64,000 nt of DNA. Origin: a virus. Each line of letters begins with the position of its first letter. The stretch's first letter is position 1. Of this stretch, positions 19,985 to 29,688 are shown one piece after another. The position numbers and the translations under genes were made by a program. A model generated the notes under the pieces. That model did no database searches. It saw only the letters and a program-made list of their open reading frames with translations, and was not told the DNA's origin. Where the stretch lies: the IMG/VR virus record IMGVR_UViG_3300025674_007777, positions 8,472-72,471 of that record. One strand, given 5' to 3'.

Positions 19985-20274
19985 ATCTCTTCAATCCTTT
20001 TAGTTTTATCACAAATTAACAAATCATATGCAGGCTTCTCACCTGTAATTAATTTTTGATATTTACATCCCCAACTATCTAACTGTCGCTTTGTTACATC
20101 GTACCAGTCAATACCAGTAACAGAGCCTCGAGCTGTCCAGTAGGTAATGGTATTACCTTCATCATATAATATATTAATTTTTTTGATATTTTCCAAATTT
20201 GGCTCGGCTTTTTTATAGTCTCGATCGCCAGAATAGAAACATATCGTTTCGTCAATGTCAACGTAAATGTTCAT
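19981..20274 (-). CDS. Capless HAD phosphatase
   Basis: YVDIDETI, WTARG, EKP, ICDK. Confidence 0.8.
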   Translation of the reverse strand: MNIYVDIDETICFYSGDRDYKKAEPNLENIKKINILYDEGNTITYWTARGSVTGIDWYDVTKRQLDSWGCKYQKLITGEKPAYDLLICDKTKRIEEI

Positions 20275-20891
20275 AACGTATTATAGAAATTGTTTTGCTT
20301 TTCTTGTCGGTCAATAGATTTAGGATGCTGTAGACAGTACATATCATTGGTAGGTAACTTAGCTTCAGATGTCTGTCCTATGATGATTTCATGTACCTTG
20401 TTTATCCATTTGATGCGATCGACATTTTTAAGTATTCTGCACTGATAATCTGGAAAATTGATACGATTATCAGCATCCATTCTCCAACCCCATTGCTGTA
20501 AATGTTCTGCGCGAATACCATTCACAATATTGATTCGTGGTACCCAGTAAACTTCAGTGTCTGGATTTTCCTTGAGTATCCATGGTAAGGTTGCTACAAG
20601 ATCTGGATCTGGATATTCATCAGCATCTATCTGGAATATGTAATCACCTGAACACGCCTCTTTCAATTTATTTTTGAAGTTAGCAAAATGATTCATTAAT
20701 GGATATTCGGTATGAACAATATCATCACCATGTTTTCGAATAATATCATAAACATCTGATGTAGTATTGCCTTCATCATTTTGAACAACTACTTCATCTT
20801 CATCACGTTTGTGTTTGATGAGAAATGAAACTAGCCGATCAAGTTCCTGAGCTTCGCTGCATACTGTTATGGCATAACTAATCCGCATCAA
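20271..20891 (-). CDS. Glycosyltransferase family 2
   Basis: IFQIDADE, PDYQCR, VHE. Confidence 0.9.
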   Translation of the reverse strand: MMRISYAITVCSEAQELDRLVSFLIKHKRDEDEVVVQNDEGNTTSDVYDIIRKHGDDIVHTEYPLMNHFANFKNKLKEACSGDYIFQIDADEYPDPDLVATLPWILKENPDTEVYWVPRINIVNGIRAEHLQQWGWRMDADNRINFPDYQCRILKNVDRIKWINKVHEIIIGQTSEAKLPTNDMYCLQHPKSIDRQEKQNNFYNTL

Positions 20892-21366
20892 CTACCATCT
20901 TTTTGTTAACAGTTTCATAGAAAAAATTCAGAGCAGTCTCAAATTGATTCATTTCAAACTGAGTCGCATTATCCACATCTAATCTAGCTGTAAAATATTC
21001 ACCCTCTTTACCAGGCACAGGATACTTTTTACGCTCTTCTCCTATTATTTCCACAACCTCTGCTACTTCATAATGAAATTTATCAGCAGCACCATCTGGA
21101 TATATCATAGCACCTGGTAATTGCATAAATGCAGGATACCAGCATAGACCGACGGCGTCAATTATTCGAGCTTCTTTCATTAATTCAGTTAAACCTGCTT
21201 CATATGCCTCTTGAGCATCTGATTCGTGCACTAACTGATCTGTGGTTGTATAACCAGTTTCCATACAAATCATAGAAACTACTCCTGTCTGTTCATCTGC
21301 TTCTTCTAATACAGTATTATTTCCGGTTACCGGAGATATGGCATCATAAGTAATTTTAGGCTTCAT
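20878..21366 (-). CDS. Hypothetical protein in glycan cluster
   Basis: 162 aa, translationally coupled on both sides. Confidence 0.7.
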   Translation of the reverse strand: MKPKITYDAISPVTGNNTVLEEADEQTGVVSMICMETGYTTTDQLVHESDAQEAYEAGLTELMKEARIIDAVGLCWYPAFMQLPGAMIYPDGAADKFHYEVAEVVEIIGEERKKYPVPGKEGEYFTARLDVDNATQFEMNQFETALNFFYETVNKKMVVDAD

Positions 21367-22687
21367 TTGCTACTTTTTTTAATTTAGGTAATTTAACTTT
21401 AGATGTATTTGCCGAATTCACTTTCTTTAATTTTGGCAAATTTAATTTCATTTCTTTTGGTACTGATTCCAATGCTTTATCAATACGTTTCACAAATAAT
21501 TCACTCATATGATCGAATGTGAAATTATTTAATACATATTCCTGCTGCTTCTTAGCCTGTTTCTGATAAGTTTTATAATTATCAATTACATCAATCAGTA
21601 CCTGAGCTGCGTATGAATAATTTACTCTGAACCATTCAGACTCTTTCAGTAACCAATTGTTAGCAGCTGATGAATCTACCTTCATAAGTTCGCCTGGTAA
21701 CAATACTGCATGTTTGAGAAAATCGACATGTCCGGACCAGTTAGATGCGATGACAGGCTTGCCAATTGCAGAAAATTCTAATAATGGGCGACCAAAACCT
21801 TCTCCATGCGTAAATGATACCATGGCTTTCACTCTTGGATGATTGTATAGATCATTCATTTCTTCATCAGTAAGATCTCCATGCAACAAATAAATGTTAG
21901 GTGCTTTGTTACCATATGGAGCTATTATCTGCTGTATCTTCTTTTGTATTTGATCTCGATCTATGATAGAAAATTTAGCAGATGATGTTTTCAATATCAG
22001 GCCTGGACGTTTACTGCTCGGTTTACGTTTGAAAGCTTCACAGAATGTTTTGATCATCATACCTATATCTTTTCTGTCATGGCCAATGTTCCCATTCAGC
22101 CAATGTCCCACAAATAGATAACAAAAATCATCTTTTATATCTGATAATTCAGACTTTATTTCTGGTCCGATCTGTGACGTTTTATTGAATATATGAGTCC
22201 TAAGACCTTCAAATAATACTTCACATGGTTTTTCCATCTTGATTTCGCCTATCTTTTGTCTAGTTTTCTCATCATGCTTATTAAAAACAGAAGATTCAAT
22301 TGATTGTTTAGAATGTTCTGATGTTGTTATGATAAGATCCATGCGATTGCACCCTTCTAACTGCTCGCCTGGAATGATAGTTGTTTCAAAACCTGCTGTA
22401 ACTCCAATGCTATATTTACCCATCGGCTGAAACTCACTCGGTATTGATACTTGTATGAAAATATCTGGCTTTCTAGTTATGTTACCTTTTGCAAAACGCT
22501 TCAATATTTCTGAATGCTCTGGATCATTCGGATCTAATGCATTCATTGGAGTACTGCCCCATGGTAATGATATCAATTCAATATCATACCGGTCTTCTTT
22601 AATTAATGATAATACCAATTCTCTGGTATGGGCGCCGTATCCAGATCTGGTGGCTACCGGTCCTTGTATAACAATATATGGTCTCAT
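21356..22687 (-). CDS. GT-B (GT4-like) glycosyltransferase
   Basis: SGYG, RKDIG, GEGFGRPLLE, SGHVDF. Confidence 0.9.
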   Translation of the reverse strand: MRPYIVIQGPVATRSGYGAHTRELVLSLIKEDRYDIELISLPWGSTPMNALDPNDPEHSEILKRFAKGNITRKPDIFIQVSIPSEFQPMGKYSIGVTAGFETTIIPGEQLEGCNRMDLIITTSEHSKQSIESSVFNKHDEKTRQKIGEIKMEKPCEVLFEGLRTHIFNKTSQIGPEIKSELSDIKDDFCYLFVGHWLNGNIGHDRKDIGMMIKTFCEAFKRKPSSKRPGLILKTSSAKFSIIDRDQIQKKIQQIIAPYGNKAPNIYLLHGDLTDEEMNDLYNHPRVKAMVSFTHGEGFGRPLLEFSAIGKPVIASNWSGHVDFLKHAVLLPGELMKVDSSAANNWLLKESEWFRVNYSYAAQVLIDVIDNYKTYQKQAKKQQEYVLNNFTFDHMSELFVKRIDKALESVPKEMKLNLPKLKKVNSANTSKVKLPKLKKVANEA

Positions 22688-24150
22688 TTTAATACTATTC
22701 CTGTGTTTTGAATTTTTTCTTGCTGATTAATCTTATATAATGTAAAGCGTTTACGTGGCTTCCATGATTTTAGACATTCATCAATGCATTCAGACATTGC
22801 CTGGCACATCTTCCTAGATGACATTTTGGATTCATCACCAAGAACCCATTCTCTACCTGCCTGACCCGCTTCTGCTCTGAATTCTGGTGACATATCATAC
22901 CAATACCGGATTGCTTTCGCTACATCTTGGAAATCGGCTCTGTCGTCAAAGATATATGGTGTTTGTGGAGATCCTTGCAATGAACGATTTGACGGAAATA
23001 CTGGTCGTGCCCATATACCATGTTGTTCGTATCGACCAATATGATTGCTTGAAAATTCAGTATCAAACTCTATCCAATTTCCTTCTTCATCTTCAAATCT
23101 ACAACCATCTTGCAATCCACCAGTCACATTATTGATAATAGGAGTACCGGTATGTAATGATTCACACCACGAAATACCAAAACCTTCATTACTAGCAATA
23201 TTAATCGTAACATCTGAAATATTATACAAATAGTTCAAATGCCGAGTATCGACTCTATCTGTAGAAAACATTACATTATAATCTGGGCATATAGCTTCTT
23301 TGACAGCATAAAGATCAGTACCATTACCATCTACCGGTGATGTATGCATTAATAAACAAGTTTTGCGTGCTTTCTCTTTGGGTAAACCATCACAGAATGT
23401 TTTATATGCTAAAATTACATCACCCGGTTGCTTACGTCGTATGTTTCTATTGTTCCAAAATAAAATGAAATCAAAATTATTGTTACCAGCAAATCCAGTT
23501 TTAAATTGTTGGAAATCTTCCCATTCAGGATGCAGTTCATCTATCTTGTAAAATTGTGTCTCATTAACACCATGAGGTACCCACTGTACGGCCCAATCTG
23601 GTTTAGGATGTTTCCGTATCACGTTCTTAACAAGATTTTGTGTCTGCCGTGAAATGTTCATTAGTAGATCACAACTTTCATAATATGATTCATTCCAATG
23701 AGGATATGGAACATCATCCCAGATGTTATAATACATGATCGGAACCTGTTGCCTGATTTCATGTTCTATATCATACAACCAAGTCCAGTATCTAGGATCA
23801 GTGAAATGGAGAATGGCATCAGGCTTTTCCAAGTCAATAATTTCCTTCAATGCTGATTCATTACCATAACCAGAAAATGGATAGAATCGCAGATAAGCAT
23901 CATGTACTCCTGTCTGCTGTGCTACATCGTCTGATGCATCCATCACTTTACCATGATCTGGATGTTTCACTGCGGCTGCTAATTGTACCCAATCATACTT
24001 ATCAATTGTACCCATCACAAATTCGCGTGACATTACACCGATACCTGAAGGCATTCGGAGGTCATCTGACATTAATAAGATCTTTGGTTTTTTTCTTTTT
24101 GGCTTAGAAGGGTCTATCTTTCTAAGCTTTGGTAACTTTATTTGACTCAT
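22684..24150 (-). CDS. GT-B (GT4-like) glycosyltransferase
   Basis: PHGVN, NRNIRRKQ, NEGFGISWCES, TGGLQD. Confidence 0.9.
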   Translation of the reverse strand: MSQIKLPKLRKIDPSKPKRKKPKILLMSDDLRMPSGIGVMSREFVMGTIDKYDWVQLAAAVKHPDHGKVMDASDDVAQQTGVHDAYLRFYPFSGYGNESALKEIIDLEKPDAILHFTDPRYWTWLYDIEHEIRQQVPIMYYNIWDDVPYPHWNESYYESCDLLMNISRQTQNLVKNVIRKHPKPDWAVQWVPHGVNETQFYKIDELHPEWEDFQQFKTGFAGNNNFDFILFWNNRNIRRKQPGDVILAYKTFCDGLPKEKARKTCLLMHTSPVDGNGTDLYAVKEAICPDYNVMFSTDRVDTRHLNYLYNISDVTINIASNEGFGISWCESLHTGTPIINNVTGGLQDGCRFEDEEGNWIEFDTEFSSNHIGRYEQHGIWARPVFPSNRSLQGSPQTPYIFDDRADFQDVAKAIRYWYDMSPEFRAEAGQAGREWVLGDESKMSSRKMCQAMSECIDECLKSWKPRKRFTLYKINQQEKIQNTGIVLK

Positions 24151-24165
24151 ATATATAACCTTTAA

Positions 24166-24174
24166 TATAAATAT
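24166..24174 (-). promoter_or_regulatory. Putative late promoter heading the glycan cluster
   Basis: ATATTTATA 15 nt before the ATG at 24150. Confidence 0.6.
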
Positions 24175-24372
24175 TTATTGTTCTGCTTTTGATTTTTTCA
24201 TATTGAAAATAAATTTGTCAATTGGCCAGAAAATTAATGCCCCTACAAATTGAAAACCGATTACGGTTGCCCAATGTGGCCAATGAAAAACATCTTGAAA
24301 TAAATACATGCACGGCAATGATACTATGATACCAAGTTGCCATTTCAAATGATATGTTAAATACTGTTTCAT
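24175..24372 (-). CDS. Small two-TM membrane protein (weak GtrA-like resemblance)
   Basis: 65 aa with two hydrophobic helices. Confidence 0.55.
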   Translation of the reverse strand: MKQYLTYHLKWQLGIIVSLPCMYLFQDVFHWPHWATVIGFQFVGALIFWPIDKFIFNMKKSKAEQ

Positions 24373-24770
24373 GATATAATTGTAACTGGTTTATCTAATT
24401 TCTTTGCTGCTTTGATTGCTGAGGCACATCCGTTAACAGATTCGCCTTGTTGCACAAACACCATCATCACGTCACAAGACTTTGCAATGAGCCCATTACG
24501 GTGATGAAACTGAGATACATGATACTTACGGCCATAATATCCTTCAGACATTCCTGAATACAAATTATGCGGCGTATGTGCTGGATTGTACTCTTTGTAA
24601 TCAATACCAAATTCAATTGCATATTTTTTGATCATGGCATCAGCTCCGTGACGACCTCCTCCGGATATGATAAGCAGATCATCAAGAAACTTATTGCGCA
24701 AAGCTGTTAACGTTTCTTTGATCTTTCTGCTGTTCTGATAATGCTTACTGCCGATCATTGCAACTTTCAT
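24369..24770 (-). CDS. SLOG/YspA-family protein
   Basis: MKVAMIGS, ISGG..GAD, RNGLIA, KPV. Confidence 0.75.
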   Translation of the reverse strand: MKVAMIGSKHYQNSRKIKETLTALRNKFLDDLLIISGGGRHGADAMIKKYAIEFGIDYKEYNPAHTPHNLYSGMSEGYYGRKYHVSQFHHRNGLIAKSCDVMMVFVQQGESVNGCASAIKAAKKLDKPVTIIS

Positions 24771-25696
24771 TCTCGTATACGATTTGCTTTAGGACATAAT
24801 TCTTCAGTATTGAATTGACAATACTTGCAGTTCTTCAATGCTTTACCACCAACTGCCGGATAATTCTTATTTGTATTGTAACTACCATCTGGCTGGAAGC
24901 TGTTATTCACAAAATTATTCACATCTCTGGTCAAACGATTCCTGGTCACTGTACCACTTGCCGGAACAAATTCTGTGATTCGTTTCTGCGGAAACATTGC
25001 TCCTTCAATAAGCTTACGCTTCAATATCATGTAACTGATATTGATCTTCTCAGGATCGAACCCATATTGATCAGCAAAATACTTCTTATACAATACTAAC
25101 TGAGATGCTTTCAGTTTATCTGCTTTCTGATACTTGTTCCATCCATGTGTCGATGTCTTGAAATCAATGATTGTTATTTCATTGCTATTCTTATGACGAA
25201 TAACAAGATCTATGAATCCTAACATCTTCACCGGAGATGATTCATTTACCGGATGATATATCGGAACCTCTATACCTAACAATTCATCTGACTTAGTACT
25301 GAAATATCCTCCTCGCTTTCTTTTGAACCAATCTATGATGGCAACCCCGTCTTCATAGAACTCCTGCAGCTCGAACTTGTTAGAGAAATGTTCACCCATT
25401 TCTTCAACAGCTTCTTTATAAAGATTGTACATCTTATCTTTGAGCATGCCAGGCAGATCCATTTGATTGGCTGCCTTCACAGTTTTATTGAACATTGTGT
25501 CAAGATATTCCTGTAACACTTCATGCATAGCCGTACCAAATATGGTATGTATGGACTGCTGAAATGTTCTTAATTTTTTCACATATGCCAACTCCCATTG
25601 CTTGGGACATTTGCTATACATGGCATATTGTGAATATGATATCTTTGCAACGCCAGACTCTGGCTCTTTGTAATTGTACTTCAATAACTTATGCAT
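24767..25696 (-). CDS. Cas4/RecB-like PD-(D/E)xK nuclease with Fe-S cysteines
   Basis: SYSQ..KCP, FGTAMH, GFIDL, IIDFKT, QLVLY, CKYC..C. Confidence 0.85.
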   Translation of the reverse strand: MHKLLKYNYKEPESGVAKISYSQYAMYSKCPKQWELAYVKKLRTFQQSIHTIFGTAMHEVLQEYLDTMFNKTVKAANQMDLPGMLKDKMYNLYKEAVEEMGEHFSNKFELQEFYEDGVAIIDWFKRKRGGYFSTKSDELLGIEVPIYHPVNESSPVKMLGFIDLVIRHKNSNEITIIDFKTSTHGWNKYQKADKLKASQLVLYKKYFADQYGFDPEKINISYMILKRKLIEGAMFPQKRITEFVPASGTVTRNRLTRDVNNFVNNSFQPDGSYNTNKNYPAVGGKALKNCKYCQFNTEELCPKANRIRE

Positions 25697-25701
25697 ATAC
25701 C

Positions 25702-25733
25702 TTAATATAAGGAAATATTCTAACGATTCCTAA
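25702..25733 (-). promoter_or_regulatory. Bipartite early/middle promoter
   Basis: TTAG-N20-TATATTAA, 5 nt before the ATG at 25696. Confidence 0.6.
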
Positions 25734-26166
25734 TCATTGACTTGATTTCTTTATCTGATTTACCATATTTTTTCAAGATGTCAGATAAAGTGTCAGGGCA
25801 TTGTTTTGTCATGATATCAACATATGCCGTGACTTCAGATTTGGATAGTTGAAAGTGTTCTGATAACAATTTTATCAGATCGTTATTATATTTGGCAGCT
25901 TTTTTGCCTTTTATATATTTGAACCTAAATCGTTGTTTCGGCAACAGATCTAGATACAGTTTATATACTTCTCGAACTGATAATGGGCCTATTGTGTATT
26001 GTTGAAATGCATCTACATATTCTATCAGATCTTCGTTCATGCTCAACCATCGATTGATCAGATATGGTGAAAATGATTTACGATCTGCTTCCGATAATGA
26101 TTCCCAAGGTGTTTTCTTATATGTGATACCAGCTAGGTGATCAAATATAGTAGCTGCTTTCGCCAT
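25720..26166 (-). CDS. Clamp loader small subunit (T4 gp62-like)
   Basis: FSPYLINRWLSM motif; near the large subunit. Confidence 0.75.
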   Translation of the reverse strand: MAKAATIFDHLAGITYKKTPWESLSEADRKSFSPYLINRWLSMNEDLIEYVDAFQQYTIGPLSVREVYKLYLDLLPKQRFRFKYIKGKKAAKYNNDLIKLLSEHFQLSKSEVTAYVDIMTKQCPDTLSDILKKYGKSDKEIKSMIRNR

Positions 26167-26403
26167 TTACTTGATTAAGAATTCCTCATTGATATGACCA
26201 CAATCTGAGCATCGGAATGATGGTACAGGTGCAATCTGTTCTTTACCTGTAGGTGATAGCAATGCTGATACTCGTTTGAATGCATGTACCTGATTGAAAT
26301 ATCGGCATCCGCAGTTTTCACAAACAATGTCTGTCATATCTTCTAATTTCAATCCCATGGATTGACCTGCGTTATCATTTGGCATATTAACTGTTTTACT
26401 CAT
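26167..26403 (-). CDS. Zn-ribbon protein
   Basis: CENC...CSDCGH. Confidence 0.75.
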   Translation of the reverse strand: MSKTVNMPNDNAGQSMGLKLEDMTDIVCENCGCRYFNQVHAFKRVSALLSPTGKEQIAPVPSFRCSDCGHINEEFLIK

Positions 26404-26408
26404 AACTT

Positions 26409-27338
26409 CTATTTTATTTCATTTAACAATTTGATTAACATTGCCATGACATGAAGTTCCTTGTCAACAGCAAATGTGTCTTGATACTGTGCTTCTGCCA
26501 ATATAAGAATGGCTGCGGCAATACTACCTTCCGCATAAGTATCTAGTTCATCAAATAAATATCTGTACAAGGCCGTAAAGTCCTTCACTTTGCTATCATT
26601 GATCAATTGACGCGCATCTCTGAATGCAGTTTTCTTATCAGATGGGCCTTTCAAGATCTCCAATAATTTAGTCATGTAATTTGCTTGAACTAAACTGTTA
26701 TCATCTATCACTAACTGATTATCAACAATCTGACTTTGACATGAATTCAATATGCGTCTGATGTCTGGATATCCCGAATTGATAACTGTAACTAGATCCT
26801 GATTGTCGTACTTAATACCACGTTCATTCAAAATGTTCACAATACGCTTAGCTACCTCCTTTCTATTAGGCGGTTCAATAGCAAATGCCTGGCATCTGGA
26901 CTGTATAGGATCGATGATCTTTTCAACATAGTTACATGTCAATATGAACCTACATGTCTTTGAGAAGGTCTCCATTAGATTACGAAGTGCTGCCTGACCA
27001 TTAGGAGTCATGTAATCGGCCTCATCTAATATCACAATCTTCCAACGACGAAATCCTACTGTACTTGCAAAGTTCTTGATCTTAGTTCTGACAGTTTCAA
27101 TGTTGTTTTCATCCGATGCATTGATATACATTACATCTGAATCAACTCCTTTTGCTATAATCTTTGCTAATGTAGTTTTACCTGTCCCTGCTTGCCCGTA
27201 GAATAACAGATGCGGAACATCTCCTGATTCCAGATAAACTTTCACTTTGCTGACAACATGTTCATTGCCAACATAACCATCTAACGTGTCGGGCCGAAAC
27301 GCTTCAACCCATAGTGTATTCTCCTGATTTCCGAACAT
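26409..27338 (-). CDS. Clamp loader AAA+ subunit (RFC/gp44-like)
   Basis: WVEAFRP, GQAGTGKTT, LDEAD, SRC. Confidence 0.95.
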   Translation of the reverse strand: MFGNQENTLWVEAFRPDTLDGYVGNEHVVSKVKVYLESGDVPHLLFYGQAGTGKTTLAKIIAKGVDSDVMYINASDENNIETVRTKIKNFASTVGFRRWKIVILDEADYMTPNGQAALRNLMETFSKTCRFILTCNYVEKIIDPIQSRCQAFAIEPPNRKEVAKRIVNILNERGIKYDNQDLVTVINSGYPDIRRILNSCQSQIVDNQLVIDDNSLVQANYMTKLLEILKGPSDKKTAFRDARQLINDSKVKDFTALYRYLFDELDTYAEGSIAAAILILAEAQYQDTFAVDKELHVMAMLIKLLNEIK

Positions 27339-27344
27339 ATAAAC

Positions 27345-27782
27345 CTATTTTCCAGTTGAACCAAACCCTTCTTCTCCTCGCTCTGAACTTGATAGATTTT
27401 CCACCTCTAAAAGTTCGATATAAGGGATTGGCATAATAACTAATTGACCTACTCTGTCGCCATCTGCATATCGCTTCAATGATGGCCAATGAGCTTCTTC
27501 TTTGAATTTGAATCTCAATTTGATTTCACCTCTGTAACCTGAATCTATCACACCTACTGAATTTGCTAACATCAGATCCTTTTTGGAATTTGATGATCTA
27601 GGAAATATCAATCCTACATGACCTTCTGGAATCTCAATGGCAATACCTGTATGATATTCTGCAAAGTGATGGCGTGTATCAATCTTATGCGTTACTGCAA
27701 ACAGATCCATACCTGCATCGCCAGGATTTGCATATGAAGGCACTTTAGCTTTTGGTGTCAATTTTTTGAACTTGACCTGCAT
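27345..27782 (-). CDS. dut: Trimeric dUTPase
   Basis: AGMDL, PRSS, GVIDSGYRGE, RGEEGFGSTG; likely start MQVKF. Confidence 0.95.
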   Translation of the reverse strand: MQVKFKKLTPKAKVPSYANPGDAGMDLFAVTHKIDTRHHFAEYHTGIAIEIPEGHVGLIFPRSSNSKKDLMLANSVGVIDSGYRGEIKLRFKFKEEAHWPSLKRYADGDRVGQLVIMPIPYIELLEVENLSSSERGEEGFGSTGK

Positions 27783-28498
27783 TAGCTTACTTGTAATTGG
27801 ACTAGGAAATATGTACACTCATAATCAGATCCGGTGAATGTGGCACGAGCCAATCCTGCGGCAGACACTTCCAACTTAGCCTGAGTTGCATCTTTGTTAG
27901 CCATCATCATTTCTTTTAGCAACGAAGCTGAAAAGCATGTCATGCCCATATCAGTAGCATCATCGGCATCGATATTGAATTTGATTCTATTGTTATTGAT
28001 AGTGGAATAATTGATAACTAACTCTGCCGTACCGGCACTGACATGCACTCCAAAGTTATCTGCATCCGGAATAGCATTCTTTGCCTTAATAAACTTGTTA
28101 CGAAAATCATCTGTGATAGGAATAGTCACATTCCAATCAGGCATATTCTTCAGTTCTGGAACCTGACGGATGATGCTAAGATCTGCCAACATGAATGTCA
28201 TGTTAACTTCTCCATCTGAGATAGCTAAACTGACAGCCTTGTCTCCAACCTTGTTCACATCAATGTCCACATCATCTGATACGGCTGATAACATTTTTGT
28301 TAGTAATGGAGTAGCATAAACTCCTAATTCAGATGTACCTAAATTAATGGAATCGCTTGTCAATGTTCCTATCACATTCTGATCATCTGATATGAACTCA
28401 ATAGTACAACCGTTATCTGATGTTTTCCATTTCACAGAATTCACTGCTCCATTCAGATAATAACGATTGATAAAACTTAATAATTCTGTTTTCTTCAT
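27782..28498 (-). CDS. Sliding clamp (gp45/PCNA-like)
   Basis: 238 aa with a two-domain alpha/beta pattern, beside the clamp loader; YFLV C-terminus. Confidence 0.7.
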   Translation of the reverse strand: MKKTELLSFINRYYLNGAVNSVKWKTSDNGCTIEFISDDQNVIGTLTSDSINLGTSELGVYATPLLTKMLSAVSDDVDIDVNKVGDKAVSLAISDGEVNMTFMLADLSIIRQVPELKNMPDWNVTIPITDDFRNKFIKAKNAIPDADNFGVHVSAGTAELVINYSTINNNRIKFNIDADDATDMGMTCFSASLLKEMMMANKDATQAKLEVSAAGLARATFTGSDYECTYFLVQLQVS

Positions 28499-28500
28499 AA

Positions 28501-29688
28501 TTATGTAACGTTAAAAAAATGGTTTAATACACTGTCGTTTGATATTTCTTGCGTCGAACTGTATTTCTTATATAAAGGCAGCGACTTCTCATAGATTTCA
28601 TATGCCTTATCTGGATGCGCAAACATCTCTCTCATTGATGTCATTGCTCGATAAAATTCATTAGGGAGCATCAAACTTACTAATTCATCATGACACTTCA
28701 CAAGTTCTGTAACCTGACGAACTGTTTCATTGTAAACAATCAGATTGTTTATGGTCATCTTATTCATACACGGAGCATCATACTTGGCCACATCTCCAAA
28801 TGTAAATCCTTCTGCTACCGGATGGCCATATGGATTAGGAACCGGATCTGTCTCTTTGTATGGCAATGCATCACCTTTTGGAAAATGAAGTTGATTGAAC
28901 ACCATCTTACCTAATTGCGGCGAATGCAGATAAATACCATAAACAGGATACTGTCCGGGAGAACTTGAGTCAGTTGATATCTGAATTCTACCTCCGTAAT
29001 ATTCGTTTATCATTTTCTGAAAGTATGCCAATATGAAGAAGTCAGATACTTTGGAAATACCCAGGATGTGAATGTAACGATTTCGTTCCTTATCAAACTC
29101 TCCGTTCTGTAACATCACTGCAATGGCTTGCATTAGCAACACAAGACCACTTTGAGTACCTCCGATACACCAACCATTGAAATCAAAATCAGCTACCTTC
29201 TTATACCAATACTCATACTCTGCCAAATTGTTACCTTGAATTACATTCAGAAAATCACACTTACCGGATTGGTTATCTGCAAAATATTTGAAGTTCTCAT
29301 AACTGATGTCTAAACATTCATAGAACTTACCCTCATACTTCACTCTTGGCGGAATATCAAGATTAACTCCAATATCACAGTTATTCTCTAACCAATGAAA
29401 TATAGTTTCTTTGAACTCTGGTTTCCATTTGATTGCGCCAGTAGCCAATTGGAATCCTCCAGAGTCTCCCATAACTTTCACATTATCACCTAACCCATAC
29501 TCTTTTCGAGACTCAGGCTTCTTGTAATGATGACCTGCTGTGATCAGAAAATATTCATGACGCCATGGTTCTGGAAATTCCGGAGAATAGAATCTAGCTG
29601 GAATGCCAGGTGCCACCTCTTTGTCTTTCTTCAACCAGCTGGCAAAACCTCCTGATGACAGTGATGGATAATATACTAACTCTTTCAT
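28501..29688 (-). CDS. dpdA: DNA guanine transglycosylase (TGT fold, DpdA family)
   Basis: DSGGFQ, LDIPP, VIQG, WCIGG, IHILG, STDSSS; co-located with folE/queD/queE. Confidence 0.8.
   Translation of the reverse strand: MKELVYYPSLSSGGFASWLKKDKEVAPGIPARFYSPEFPEPWRHEYFLITAGHHYKKPESRKEYGLGDNVKVMGDSGGFQLATGAIKWKPEFKETIFHWLENNCDIGVNLDIPPRVKYEGKFYECLDISYENFKYFADNQSGKCDFLNVIQGNNLAEYEYWYKKVADFDFNGWCIGGTQSGLVLLMQAIAVMLQNGEFDKERNRYIHILGISKVSDFFILAYFQKMINEYYGGRIQISTDSSSPGQYPVYGIYLHSPQLGKMVFNQLHFPKGDALPYKETDPVPNPYGHPVAEGFTFGDVAKYDAPCMNKMTINNLIVYNETVRQVTELVKCHDELVSLMLPNEFYRAMTSMREMFAHPDKAYEIYEKSLPLYKKYSSTQEISNDSVLNHFFNVT

Noticed and set aside
8305-24150. Bacterial capsule/LPS locus or host contamination
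   Set aside because: Same strand and coupling as the flanking phage genes, a phage late-type motif at its head, and no polymerase or export genes.
24767-25696. Cas4-like gene as evidence of a CRISPR system
   Set aside because: No repeat-spacer array or other cas genes seen; stand-alone Cas4-like nucleases are common in phage replication modules.
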